A stretch of DNA of 64,000 nt from Patescibacteria group bacterium UBA2773 (GTDB lineage: Bacteria > Patescibacteriota > Minisyncoccia > Moranbacterales > DUUL01), in NCBI GenBank assembly GCA_002352465.1, contig DEIN01000017.1, positions 64,777 to 128,776 of the forward strand. The letters are read 5' to 3'. Within the stretch, counting starts at the first letter, position 1; each line of letters starts with the position of its first letter. Of this stretch, positions 52,375 through 63,000 are shown piece by piece. The notes under the pieces are model-generated. The model was given only the letters and a program-made list of their open reading frames with translations, was not told where the DNA came from and did not search any database. The position numbers and the translations under genes are program-made.

Positions 52375-52845
52375 GAAAAAACCCACCTAGCCTCCTCGCC
52401 TCGCTAAAGCTATGGCGGAGCGGGTCTTTGAAAAGGGAGGGGAGCAAAAAACAAGTTTTTTAAAAAATTAGACATTTTAATTAGGGCGAAGCATCCCCCT
52501 TTCCTAAAAGGGGAATTAAAGGGGGTTTTAACAAATAACAAGTATTGACTGAATTTTATTTCGGTAAAAAAACGACGCAAAAAATTGGGTCTAGGAGGCT
52601 TTTAAATTAAAAAAAGGATTAGAAATACTTGGGAAATTTTAAATTTAGAATTTTAAATTTTACTTGCCTCGCCAGAAGTTTATTGAAGGCGGGATTCAAT
52701 TTTGAATGATTTAATTTTTAATTTTAAAATAAAAACCCACCCAGCCTCCCTTTGCGAAAGGGAGGGGAGCGAAGAAGAATATTTTAATCGGGGTGAAGTG
52801 TCCCTCTTTTGGAAAAGGGGGAGGAGCGTGGAACAAGATTTAAAG
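52375..52845. repeat. Array of at least five MITE-like units between two giant genes
   Basis: aaaacccacctagcctcctcgcctcgctaaagctatggcggagcgggtc. gcatccccctttcctaaaaggggaattaaagggggtttt. aaaacccacccagcctccctttgcgaaagggaggggagcgaagaag. gtccctcttttggaaaagggggaggagcg. Confidence 0.65.
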
Positions 52846-53032
52846 TAGTTTAAGTTTTGAGATAGAATGTGTCATGGAACGTTTTATAGTACATATTAGG
52901 CAAAGAAGATATTATTGAGTTTTTCTTTGAGAAGTTAGGAGCAAAAATAATAAAAATTAAAATGATAAAATTAAAAATTGAATATTAAAATATTGAATGA
53001 ATATTGAATATTGATTATTGAGCATTTAACTT

Positions 53033-56000
53033 ATGAATAAATTAAAATACACAATCTATTTTTTGATTTTTGGAATAGCAACATTGACAGCTAATCAAAC
53101 TCAAGCTGTTTACCTCGTTGCTGGGCGAAAAAAGTTTCGGTTTGGATTATTCTTGATTTTTGCTGTTTTCTTTTTTGGTCTAGCTATAGCCTCGCCGACT
53201 TTTGCTGCTACTTGCAACGATCAAGCGGATGGAAATTGGAACTCGGCGGCGACTTGGGATTGTGGGATTGTTCCGGATGCCGATGATGATGTGACGATTG
53301 ATTCGCATACGGTGACGATGACGGCCGATTCGCTTTCCAATACTGTCACGATTTCTGGTGGGACTTTATCTTCTGGCAATTATAAAATTATTACTAAGGA
53401 TTTTGTGCAAACGGGAGGGACGGTTTCGATGGGGTCGGGAGCGATGAAAGTGGCGGGGGATTTCACTAGGATGGGAGGGATTTTCACGGCGGGGACGAGT
53501 GTGGTTTCGTTGGTGGGAGTGGATCAAACCATTGACGTGACAGGAGCACCGACAACATTTTATAAACTTTATAAACTTACTAATTCGGCGGATACTTTGA
53601 CTATCACCGCTGGGAATGAATTGATGATTGCGTCAGGTGGGGTGATGCGGTTTTGGGGAAAACCAGAATCAAAAACTTTATCCATTGTTTCTTCCAGTCC
53701 TGGAACTTCCTACACTATTACTCGAATGGGAACCGCTGAACTAGAATACACCGATTGGTCGGATGCGACTTGGTCTGCTTCTCAAACAGTGGCGGCTTCT
53801 AGTTTGGGAACTGGAAATACTAATTTGACCGTGACAAAAGAATTTATTTCGACTATCAGAGCAACGGGTGGAGATTATTCCTCTTTGTCTTCTTGGGAAT
53901 CAGCCAATCAAACTGATTTAACGGCGACGACTACCAAAGTTTTTTCTCACGGCGGAATTACTGGCACCATCGCTGACACCGACACAATCACTGGTTCAAC
54001 CAGTGGAGCGACCGCTAATGTTGTCCACGCCACCACAACTCAAATACTTCTTGAATCAATTTCTGGTACTTTCCAATCTGGCGAGCAAGTTCAAGTGGAT
54101 GCCTCTAACCTCGTCACGATTTCGGACGCCGGCTTCGGCGCCATTTCCACGGCGGAATGCTACAACGATTGGCCGAGCGGGTTGGTGGAAGATTATGTGT
54201 CAATTTCTGGTTGGACAACGGGTAAAAATAATTATGTAAAAGTTTATACACCTCAAGGTCAACGTCACAACGGTGTATTAAAAAATGAAAGTGGAAATTA
54301 TACAGGTTTTACAATTAAACAAACAAATTATTCTGGTAAGACCTCGGTTTTTGGTAACGAACAAAATTATACGATTATTGATGGGATAATTATAGTTGCT
54401 GCTGAAAGTCAGGTTTCCTACGGGATTTCGAGTGAAGTCGCATATTCCACTGTGAGTAATAATATTGTTTACAGGGAGGTTGGTACAGGACAGCAAGGAA
54501 TAAGATTTTATACGACAGCAAGTGTCGGTTCGTATATTTTTAATAATATTGTTTATGGATCTGACAGTAATAATTGGGAAATTTGTTTTATGGGTTGCAA
54601 GGGAGAGGTATATAATAACGTGGCTTATGAGTGTGATTATGGGTTTGTTAATTATTCTACTTACGATAATGAATTGACAAATAATAGTGCATTCAATAAT
54701 AATATTTATGATTTTGGTGGTTCTGTTAATGCAATTATTTCAAATAGTATATCAAGTGATGGCACAGCTGATGATTTTGGGGGTAGCGATAATATTGTAG
54801 ATGCGACTTTGGCTGATCTAGATTTTGTCTCGACTACGTCTGGATTAGAGGATTTGCACATTGAAACAGATTCGGTGGCCCGAAATGAGGGATTGGATTT
54901 GTCGGTTGATCCTGATTATCCATTAGTTTCTGATATTGACGGAGATTCAATGCTGGGGTTTGCGGAGTGGTCGATTGGGGCAGATCAATATTCTGATTTT
55001 GACTATTCTTCCCTTAGTCCGACTGATGGAAATAAATCGGTGGCGGTGGGAGCGGATTTTGTGATGAATTTCTCAGAAAGTGTGACAGCCCAAGCGGGAA
55101 AATATATTTATATTAAACGAGAAGATGATGACTCAACGGTTTTTGCGATTGAAGCTGACGACACCACCCAAGTTTCGGGTTCGGGCACGGTGCAAATCAC
55201 TGTCAATCCAGCCGAGAATTTGGAAGCGGGAACAAAATATTACGTCACAATGGACAGGAGTTGTTTTATAAATGTTTATTTGCACCAAAACGCGGTGATT
55301 TCCGACAGCATCGAGTGGAATTTTCAGACTGCGTCTTTTGATTGGCATGATAAGTCTTGGACTAAACGCAAAAAAATCACCATTGACGAGGGGGAAGTCT
55401 CGGGTGGGCAAACTGATTTTCCGGTTTTGCTTTCCGTGACGGACACTGATTTCAAAGACCACGCTCAAACTGATGGCAATGATTTTTTCTTGACTGACAC
55501 CGCTGGCAACCAACTTCCGCACGAAATCGAATCCTACACCGCCTCAACTGGTGAGTTGGTTTTGTGGTTTAAAGCCTCCTATCTTTATGACACCTCTGAC
55601 ACTCATTTCTATGTATATTATGGCAATTCGTTGGCAGATGATCAGCAAGACGCGGAGAATGTTTGGGATGAGAATTACAAAATGGTTCAGCATATGGATG
55701 ATACTACAACGTCAACTATCACTGATTCAACGGCTAATGATAATGATGGAACAAAATATGCAGTTAATGAACCAGCGGCGGGAACAGGATTATTGGCTGA
55801 TGGCTTAGTTGGAAAGGCACAAGACTTTGATGTGGTTGACGATGTGGTTAATTGTGGCTCTGGAGCATCTATTGATGATATTTTTGCTGGTGGTGGAACT
55901 GTTCAATTCATAATGAAGCCACAAGGTTGGGGTGAGTTTGAATATGGAAGAGTCTTAGATAAGGGTCCCGATGCTTCTAATTTAACATCTACACAATTTT

Positions 56001-57778
56001 ATATTTCCTCTAATGGTGATCTCCTCTTTACTAAATCTTTTTCAACTACAAACGGAGTTTGGGGTCCTGGTTCTGACACAATTTCATTAAATAATATATA
56101 TTTTTGTAGTTTGGTATATGATAGTGATTCTGTCACAAATAATCCTATTATGTATTTAAATGGATCAGATGCTACAGCACTAGCAGCTGCTACGCCATCT
56201 GGATCTGCAACATCAGATGCTGGAAATGATTTATTTTTAGGTGCAAGGGGCACGGATAGAGAATTTGATGGGCTTATAGATGAAGTTAAGTTTTTATCAA
56301 CAGAGTTATCAGCAGATTGGATTTCAACAGAATACAACAACCAATCCGCGCCGGGGGATTTCTTGAGTTTGAGTGCGGAGGAATCAAGTGGAGCAGAGTC
56401 TTCGGCCGGGCAAGACGGGGGAGTGAGTAGCGACGGTTTGGTCGGTTACTGGTCTTTTGACGGCTCCGACATCTCTGGCACGACGGTTTATGATCGAAGT
56501 GGCCAAGGCAACAACGGAACTTTGACCAATGGCCCCACTCCTGCTCTAGGTAAACTTGGTCAAGGAATGAGTTTTGATGATACTAATGACTATGTAAATA
56601 TTGGAAATATTTCTGCTTTAAAACCTGCTTTTCCTTTTAGTGTTTCTTTTTGGTCGAAAAGAACAATAGGTAGTGGAGTCGTTTTCAGTACTGGACCAGC
56701 TAATATGGGTGCGTCTGGTTATAGAGGTTGGATGATTTATGATGGAGGAGATTTTAGGGGCGGTGATGGATCAGGTGTCGGAATTGGAGACAGATTTGGG
56801 CGGAATGTACTTGTTAATCCTGGCATTGATGGCATTTGGCATTATAAAACGATTGTAGTGACTAGCTCTACTAATATTAATTTATATTTAGATGGAGAAT
56901 TAAATAATGGTGCATACACAAATGGAACTGCTTCTAGTTTGGGATATGGATCGGACAGGGTTCTTATTGGTGCAAGTGATGATGGGGGAACTCCAGAGAA
57001 TTTTTTTGGTGGCTTTGTTGATGAAGTTCGGGTTTATAATCGAGCTTTGTCGGCTAATGAAATTTCCGGGCTTTATAATTCCGGGCAAGCGAAATTCCAA
57101 ACTTCTGATAACGAAAATAATCTTTCTGATGGTTTGGTAGGCTATTGGCCATTTGACGGCTCCGACATCTCTGGCACTAACGCCTATGACCGTTCGGGAA
57201 ATGGCAACAACGGCACTCTCACCAACGACCCCATCCCCGCCCTAGGAAAATTAGGTCAAGCGTTGAGTTTTGACGGGATGGACGATTATGTCTTAGTGCC
57301 AAACAGTTCTGAAATTCATCCAGTAAATGAATTGACAATAGGGGCTTGGGTTAACCAAAATAATAATGCTACTAGTCCATATCAAAGAATAACTGAAAAA
57401 AATGATGATTTAACGTGTTGGATTAACGATAATAATGGTGATGTGTGTGTTAGGCTCAGTGCTAATAAAAATGGTGAAGCGTCTCAAACTTGCTTTGAGG
57501 CAGATATAAGTCAAAATAGGTGGTATCATTTATTTTTTACTTATAAAAGTGATGAATCTGTCGTTAGTCTTTACATTGATGGAGAATTATTTGATACTAG
57601 TAGCTATTACTATGGACTTTTAACGACTAATACTAATGCTTTGTATATTGGTAATAAGAGTAGTATTGATAGATCTTGGATGGGACAAATTGACGAAGTG
57701 CGGATTTATGATCGGGCTTTGTCGGCTGTTGAAATATCCCAATTATACAACATGGGTCGAGTGGAAATAACGAACTAA
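53033..57778 (+). CDS. Giant (1581 aa) secreted protein with a beta-helix-like N-terminal region, an AECYNDWPSGL module and C-terminal LamG-like modules
   Basis: The N-terminal leader contains VAGRKKFRF. The FISTIRATGGDY...AECYNDWPSGL module is shared with the 60043 gene. The C-terminus has two LamG modules (SDGLVGYWSFDGSDISGT.VYDRSG.GNNGTLTN...FFGGFVDEVRVYNRALSANEI). Confidence 0.7.
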   Translation: MNKLKYTIYFLIFGIATLTANQTQAVYLVAGRKKFRFGLFLIFAVFFFGLAIASPTFAATCNDQADGNWNSAATWDCGIVPDADDDVTIDSHTVTMTADSLSNTVTISGGTLSSGNYKIITKDFVQTGGTVSMGSGAMKVAGDFTRMGGIFTAGTSVVSLVGVDQTIDVTGAPTTFYKLYKLTNSADTLTITAGNELMIASGGVMRFWGKPESKTLSIVSSSPGTSYTITRMGTAELEYTDWSDATWSASQTVAASSLGTGNTNLTVTKEFISTIRATGGDYSSLSSWESANQTDLTATTTKVFSHGGITGTIADTDTITGSTSGATANVVHATTTQILLESISGTFQSGEQVQVDASNLVTISDAGFGAISTAECYNDWPSGLVEDYVSISGWTTGKNNYVKVYTPQGQRHNGVLKNESGNYTGFTIKQTNYSGKTSVFGNEQNYTIIDGIIIVAAESQVSYGISSEVAYSTVSNNIVYREVGTGQQGIRFYTTASVGSYIFNNIVYGSDSNNWEICFMGCKGEVYNNVAYECDYGFVNYSTYDNELTNNSAFNNNIYDFGGSVNAIISNSISSDGTADDFGGSDNIVDATLADLDFVSTTSGLEDLHIETDSVARNEGLDLSVDPDYPLVSDIDGDSMLGFAEWSIGADQYSDFDYSSLSPTDGNKSVAVGADFVMNFSESVTAQAGKYIYIKREDDDSTVFAIEADDTTQVSGSGTVQITVNPAENLEAGTKYYVTMDRSCFINVYLHQNAVISDSIEWNFQTASFDWHDKSWTKRKKITIDEGEVSGGQTDFPVLLSVTDTDFKDHAQTDGNDFFLTDTAGNQLPHEIESYTASTGELVLWFKASYLYDTSDTHFYVYYGNSLADDQQDAENVWDENYKMVQHMDDTTTSTITDSTANDNDGTKYAVNEPAAGTGLLADGLVGKAQDFDVVDDVVNCGSGASIDDIFAGGGTVQFIMKPQGWGEFEYGRVLDKGPDASNLTSTQFYISSNGDLLFTKSFSTTNGVWGPGSDTISLNNIYFCSLVYDSDSVTNNPIMYLNGSDATALAAATPSGSATSDAGNDLFLGARGTDREFDGLIDEVKFLSTELSADWISTEYNNQSAPGDFLSLSAEESSGAESSAGQDGGVSSDGLVGYWSFDGSDISGTTVYDRSGQGNNGTLTNGPTPALGKLGQGMSFDDTNDYVNIGNISALKPAFPFSVSFWSKRTIGSGVVFSTGPANMGASGYRGWMIYDGGDFRGGDGSGVGIGDRFGRNVLVNPGIDGIWHYKTIVVTSSTNINLYLDGELNNGAYTNGTASSLGYGSDRVLIGASDDGGTPENFFGGFVDEVRVYNRALSANEISGLYNSGQAKFQTSDNENNLSDGLVGYWPFDGSDISGTNAYDRSGNGNNGTLTNDPIPALGKLGQALSFDGMDDYVLVPNSSEIHPVNELTIGAWVNQNNNATSPYQRITEKNDDLTCWINDNNGDVCVRLSANKNGEASQTCFEADISQNRWYHLFFTYKSDESVVSLYIDGELFDTSSYYYGLLTTNTNALYIGNKSSIDRSWMGQIDEVRIYDRALSAVEISQLYNMGRVEITN

Positions 57779-57796
57779 GAATTAAGTATCTTTCCT

Positions 57797-57851
57797 AATT
57801 TCCCTCATCGGTTTGACCGTTGTATTCATATCGGTCGGACTAGGGGAAATT
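57797..57851. repeat. REP-like family-1 element immediately after the giant-gene stop
   Basis: aatttccctcatcggtttgaccgttgtattcatatcggtcggactaggggaaatt. Confidence 0.7.
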
Positions 57852-57932
57852 ATGATTGGAAATAGCTTTGTCAATTTTTTAAAAATAAGTTAAAATTACT
57901 TATAAATTGGATTAAAAAATATAAAATAAAAA

Positions 57933-58529
57933 ATGGAAGAGAAAAAAAAGATTATTGTAGAGAACTCTATAGAGACGGTTAAAAAAAGAAAATATAAAAT
58001 TGATTATCGAAACTTGAGTTTTTTGATTGGAGGATTGATTTTATTGATTGGGATTATTGGAGGAGGGATTTGGTTTTTTAAATCAAAAAAAGGAGAAGTC
58101 AAAGTTTATGATGCTTTGGTGATGTTGAAAGATCAAAAATCTGCTAATTCCGAAGAAGATGCTAAAAATTCAGCCAAAAAAGGAGATGTGATTTTGATCA
58201 GAGAAACTGGTCAAGAATGGTCAAAGACGGAAAAAATCAGTTATTTGATTTTAAAAATTAAATTGAATGAAAAACAAGCGCAAAAAATTGTTCAGGCTAA
58301 AACCAAAAAACTTTCGAAAGATGAAGCCAAGGAAAAAGGACTGGTGGATGATGAGCGATTGAAAACTATGGAAAAAGAAGAGCTTGAGCAGACCTTAAAA
58401 GAGGATATTTTGTTTCGGGAATATCGAGTAAAGATTGAAAAGTTGGAATTTGATCCGATGAAAGTCCGGAATGAGCAACCGTTTGAAGATGAGGAGTTTG
58501 GGTGGAGTCTTGTTGAGAAAAAAGATTAA
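57933..58529 (+). CDS. Hypothetical single-pass membrane protein with a charged C-terminal domain
   Basis: The product is 198 aa. It has an N-terminal TM (LSFLIGGLILLIGIIGGGIWFF) followed by K/E-rich sequence. Confidence 0.45.
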   Translation: MEEKKKIIVENSIETVKKRKYKIDYRNLSFLIGGLILLIGIIGGGIWFFKSKKGEVKVYDALVMLKDQKSANSEEDAKNSAKKGDVILIRETGQEWSKTEKISYLILKIKLNEKQAQKIVQAKTKKLSKDEAKEKGLVDDERLKTMEKEELEQTLKEDILFREYRVKIEKLEFDPMKVRNEQPFEDEEFGWSLVEKKD

Positions 58530-58660
58530 AAGAATTTATAGTCAATATATGACAAAAAGAAAAATAAACGTAAAAAATAGAATCAGTTAGTTTTATCTTG
58601 GAACATACTGTCGATAATGGCAGAAAATAAATAATCTAAATTTTAAACTGGTCGAATTCG

Positions 58661-59722
58661 ATGGGTTTAGAGGTTGACGAAAAGACAATTGACATTAAAC
58701 AACCTGATATGTTAAAAAAAAATCAACAAAAATCACAAATCATTATTTATAAAACTGAAGATGGACGGACGAAAATCGACGTGCGTTTTGATGGGGATAC
58801 GGTTTGGTTGACGCAAAAACTTATAGCGCAGTTGTTCCAGGTTTCTATACCAACTATAAATGAGCATATTAAAAATATCTACAATGAGGCTGAATTAAAT
58901 AAAAATTCAACTATTAGGAAATTCCGAACAGTTCAAAAAGAAGGCAATCGTGAAATAAAAAGAGCGCTGGAGTTTTATAATCTTGATCTTATTATTTCCG
59001 TTGGTTATCGGGTTAAAAGCTCAATTGCTACAGCTTTCCGTCAATGGGCGACGCAGCGTTTAAGCGAATATATTATAAAAGGTTTCGTGCTTGACGATGA
59101 ACGACTTAAAAATCCAGATTTGCCTTTTGATTATTTTGAAGAACTTACTAGGCGAATTGCTGATATTCGAATAAGCGAAAAAAGATTTTATCGTAAAATT
59201 ACTGATATTTATGCAACTAGTGTTGATTATAATCCAACTAGTAAGGAAAGTCTTAGGTTTTTCAAAACTGTCCAGAACAAAGTTCATTGGGCAATAACCG
59301 GTCAAACTGCACCGGAAATTATTGCATCACGTGTCGATAGTAAAAAACCGCAAATGGGACTGACTTCCTGGCGAGCTGTAAAACCACGCAAAGAAGATGT
59401 TGCGATTGCAAAAAATTATTTGAACGAAAAGGAATTATTGGCTTTGAATAATCTGGTTGAACAGTATTTAGTATTTGCTGAGGGTCAGGCGATGCGTCGA
59501 GTGCCGATGTATATGAAAGATTGGATTGATAAATTGCACGGTTTTTTGTCGATTAATGATCGAAAAATATTAAATAATGCAGGTAAAGTATCGCACGAAA
59601 AAGCTTTGGAAAAAGTAGATAAAGAATATGAAATTTTTCATAAAAAATCGAAAGAAAAGTTTATAGAAACGGATTTTGATCGAGAGGTGAAAAGGATATT
59701 AAAAAAGGGGGAAAGAAAATAA
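58661..59722 (+). CDS. RhuM family (virulence-associated, Fic/DOC-related DNA-binding) protein
   Basis: IRKFRTVQKEGNREIKRALEFYNLDLIISVGYRVKSSIATAFRQWATQRLSEYIIKGFVLDDERLKN is the hallmark RhuM core. Confidence 0.75.
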   Translation: MGLEVDEKTIDIKQPDMLKKNQQKSQIIIYKTEDGRTKIDVRFDGDTVWLTQKLIAQLFQVSIPTINEHIKNIYNEAELNKNSTIRKFRTVQKEGNREIKRALEFYNLDLIISVGYRVKSSIATAFRQWATQRLSEYIIKGFVLDDERLKNPDLPFDYFEELTRRIADIRISEKRFYRKITDIYATSVDYNPTSKESLRFFKTVQNKVHWAITGQTAPEIIASRVDSKKPQMGLTSWRAVKPRKEDVAIAKNYLNEKELLALNNLVEQYLVFAEGQAMRRVPMYMKDWIDKLHGFLSINDRKILNNAGKVSHEKALEKVDKEYEIFHKKSKEKFIETDFDREVKRILKKGERK

Positions 59723-59734
59723 AATCCTTAAATT

Positions 59735-60030
59735 TCAAACAAAAACCCCTCGGTCCCCCTTCTCAAAGGGGAAGGAGCGAAGGAGATGATCTAGTTCCGG
59801 AGGTTCGACCTCGGTGGATACCGCGGTCGAACCTCGGGAACGGAGATGGAATTTTGAAAGATTGGTATTAAGTATTAAGTATTGAGTATAAAACCCACCC
59901 AACCTCCCTTTTCAAAGGGAGCGGAGCGGAGAACAAGTTTTTGAAAAATAAATAATTAAAATCGATGTAAAAATTTTTCTAGGAGTTTCCACCGGTTCGA
60001 TCGGTGTATCCATATTGGTCGAACTGGTAA
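59735..60030. repeat. Composite of two MITE-like units and two REP-like family-1 palindromes
   Basis: 59740-59790 aaaacccctcggtcccccttctcaaaggggaaggagcgaagg. 59794-59843 ccggaggttcgacctcggtggataccgcggtcgaacctcgggaacgg. 59885-59940 aaaacccacccaacctcccttttcaaagggagcggagcgg. 59985-60030 ccaccggttcgatcggtgtatccatattggtcgaactgg. Confidence 0.7.
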
Positions 60031-60042
60031 AAAATAAATTAT

Positions 60043-63000
60043 GTGTTTATTATGAAAAAAATAAAAATTAGTTTAATATTTTTTATTTATTTTATTGCTT
60101 TAGCTAGTGCTAGGGGTTTTTTGGGGGTTTACTCCGTTGCTGGGCGAAAAAAGTTTCGATTTTTAAAACCTTTATTAGTTAGCTTCATTTTCTTTTTTGG
60201 GCTAGCTATTACCTCGCCGGCTTATGGGGCGACGGAATTTATTTCAACCATCAGGTCTAGCGGTGGGGACTATACAACTCTTTCTGGTTGGGAATCAGCC
60301 AATCAAACGGATTTGACCGCTTCAACTACCAAAGTTTTTTCGCACGGTGGAATCACTGGAGCGATTGCTGACACCGACACCGTCACGGGAAAAAATTCTG
60401 GAGCAACGGCTTCGGTGGTTCATACTACTACCGACCAAATTCTTCTAGAAACAATCTCGGGAACTTTTCAATCGGGAGAGCAAATTTATGTCACGCTTGA
60501 TACTATTTACGTGACAATTTCAGATGCAGGAGATTCTGCTATTGCCGTCGCCGAATGCTACAACGATTGGCCAAGCGGGTTGGATGACTCGGTCAATATT
60601 GACGGTTGGACAACGGGAGTGAATAATTATGTGAAAATTTACACTCCAGAATCAGAAAGACATAATGGTAAAATTTTCAATGGCACAGACTATACTGGAT
60701 TTGCTTTAAAAAGTACTCAAGTTGGAAATGTTATTGATTTATCTGCTAATTATTCAAGGATTGATGGTTTGATAATTGATGCAGCTCATGTAGATGTGGA
60801 AGATGGAATTAGCGAAGAAGGAGCATTACTTGATCATTTTATTTCAAATAATATTTTATACAGATCTGTTGGGAATAATGATAATGGAATTTACACTTAT
60901 TCTACGAGTTCTATTAATAGAACAATTGTTTGGAATAATATAGTTATTTGCGGTGATTCTAATACATGGAGTTCTGGTATAAACACTAATCATGGAGATA
61001 TACAAAATAATACTGTTTATAATTGCACTAATGGAATTACTCAATCTATAGATTATCCTAATAAATTAAATAATAATATTTCTGTTGATAATTCTTCCGC
61101 TGATTATTTATTAAGCGCTGGTAGTTGGCAAGTGGATTCTAGTAATAACATCTCCTCTGACACCACTGCTCCTGAAGCGAATTCTCAAACCAGTGTAGCG
61201 TTAGCGGATTTGGATTTTGTGAGTACCACTTTAGGTTCGGAGGATTTTCATATTGGGGCGGATTCAGTGGCGTTGAATGCAGGGGTAGATTTATCTTCAA
61301 CTTTTACAGATGACATTGATGGGCAGACGCGGGATATGGATGGGGAGGGTTTTGATATTGGGGCAGATGAGGGACAGCAGGATTTTATTTCTAAAATTAG
61401 AGTTAATACCGAGTCAGATTGGGATTTTGATAAACTTTCAACTTGGGAAGATGCGATTGAGTCAGATCTGACCGCCACCACTTCCAAAATATATACCGTT
61501 TCTGACACGGGAACTTTTGACGACACCACTGACCAAGAGCAAGCCGTGACGTTCACCGGTGGGGGAACTGGAACTTTGCTCGATATCAATTCTTCGGGGG
61601 TGGCGTATATCACCGGTGTTTCTGGCACAGTGCAAGCGGGAATCGTCACGGTTGACACCAATTCCCACACTTTTACCATCTCCGACACCGGCGCCAAAGT
61701 CGGCCGAGCCGTCGCCGAATGCTACAACGATTGGCCAAGTGGGCTGGAGGATAATTTTTGGATTAGTGGTTGGACAACTAGCGCAACGAATTATGTAAAA
61801 GTTTATACATTAGCAAGTGAAAGACACGATGGTTGGACTTGGACGGATGACACTCAAACTGTTTATTCTGGTTTTGCAGTTGTGAATAATTCAATTTATT
61901 GTACAATTCGTGCTAGCAATTATTATACACAAATCGAAGGAGTTATTGTTAATCAAAACAATAAAGGTGGTGGTACTTATAGCGGTTTGCGATTAGGCGA
62001 TTATGTTAAAGCAGATTCTATAATTGCTTTTAATTCACCTAAAGCTGGGGTAATGACTGTTCCAGGTACATGGACAAACCCTTTATATTTATCAAATATT
62101 CTTGTTTATGATAATAATTATGGAATTTATAATGGTTATGGGGTTAGACTTTATAATGTGACAGCAGTGAATAATACCAGTTATGGAATTTACAAAAATA
62201 ATCTTTTAACTACGTATTTAAAAAATGTTTTAGCTTATGATAATGGTATCAAAGATTTTTATAATTCAGGTAGTGGTGATTTCGATGTTTTAAATTGTGC
62301 CTCTTCTGATGATACAGCTGATGATTTTGGTGGCTCTGGAAATCGGATTGATCAAGAATTTTCTTTTGTAGATGAAGATAATGATGATTTTCATTTGGCT
62401 TTGGATGACACGGGGGCGAGGAATTTTGGAACTGATTTGAGTTTGGATTCGACTTTTCCTATTTCAACAGATATTGATGGGGAAGTGCGGGATGTGGATG
62501 GAGAAGGATGGGATATTGGGGCGGATGAGAGTGGGCAGGATTTTGTTTCGAAAATTCGAGTGAATACCGAGTCGGATTGGGATTTTGATAAACTTTCAAC
62601 TTGGGAAGATGCAATTGAATCGGACTTGACGGCGACGACTTCTAAAATCTATACGGTTTCTGATACCGGAACCTACAGCGACACTACCGACCAATCTCAA
62701 GCCGTGACATTCACCGGCGGGGGAACTGGAACTTTGCTGGATATCAATTCTTCGGGTGTAGCCTATATCACCGGAGTTTCTGGCACAGTCACGGCTGGAA
62801 CCGTCACAGTCACTTCTTCCTCCCACACTTTCACCATCTCCGACACCGGCGCCAAAGTCGGCCGAGCCGTCGCCGAATGCTACAACGATTGGCCAAGTGG
62901 GTTGGATGATAGGGTTGATATTAATGGTTGGATAACGGGGGTGAATAATTATGTTAAAGTTACTTCACCATCTTCTGAGAGACACACAGGAGTTGCTGGA

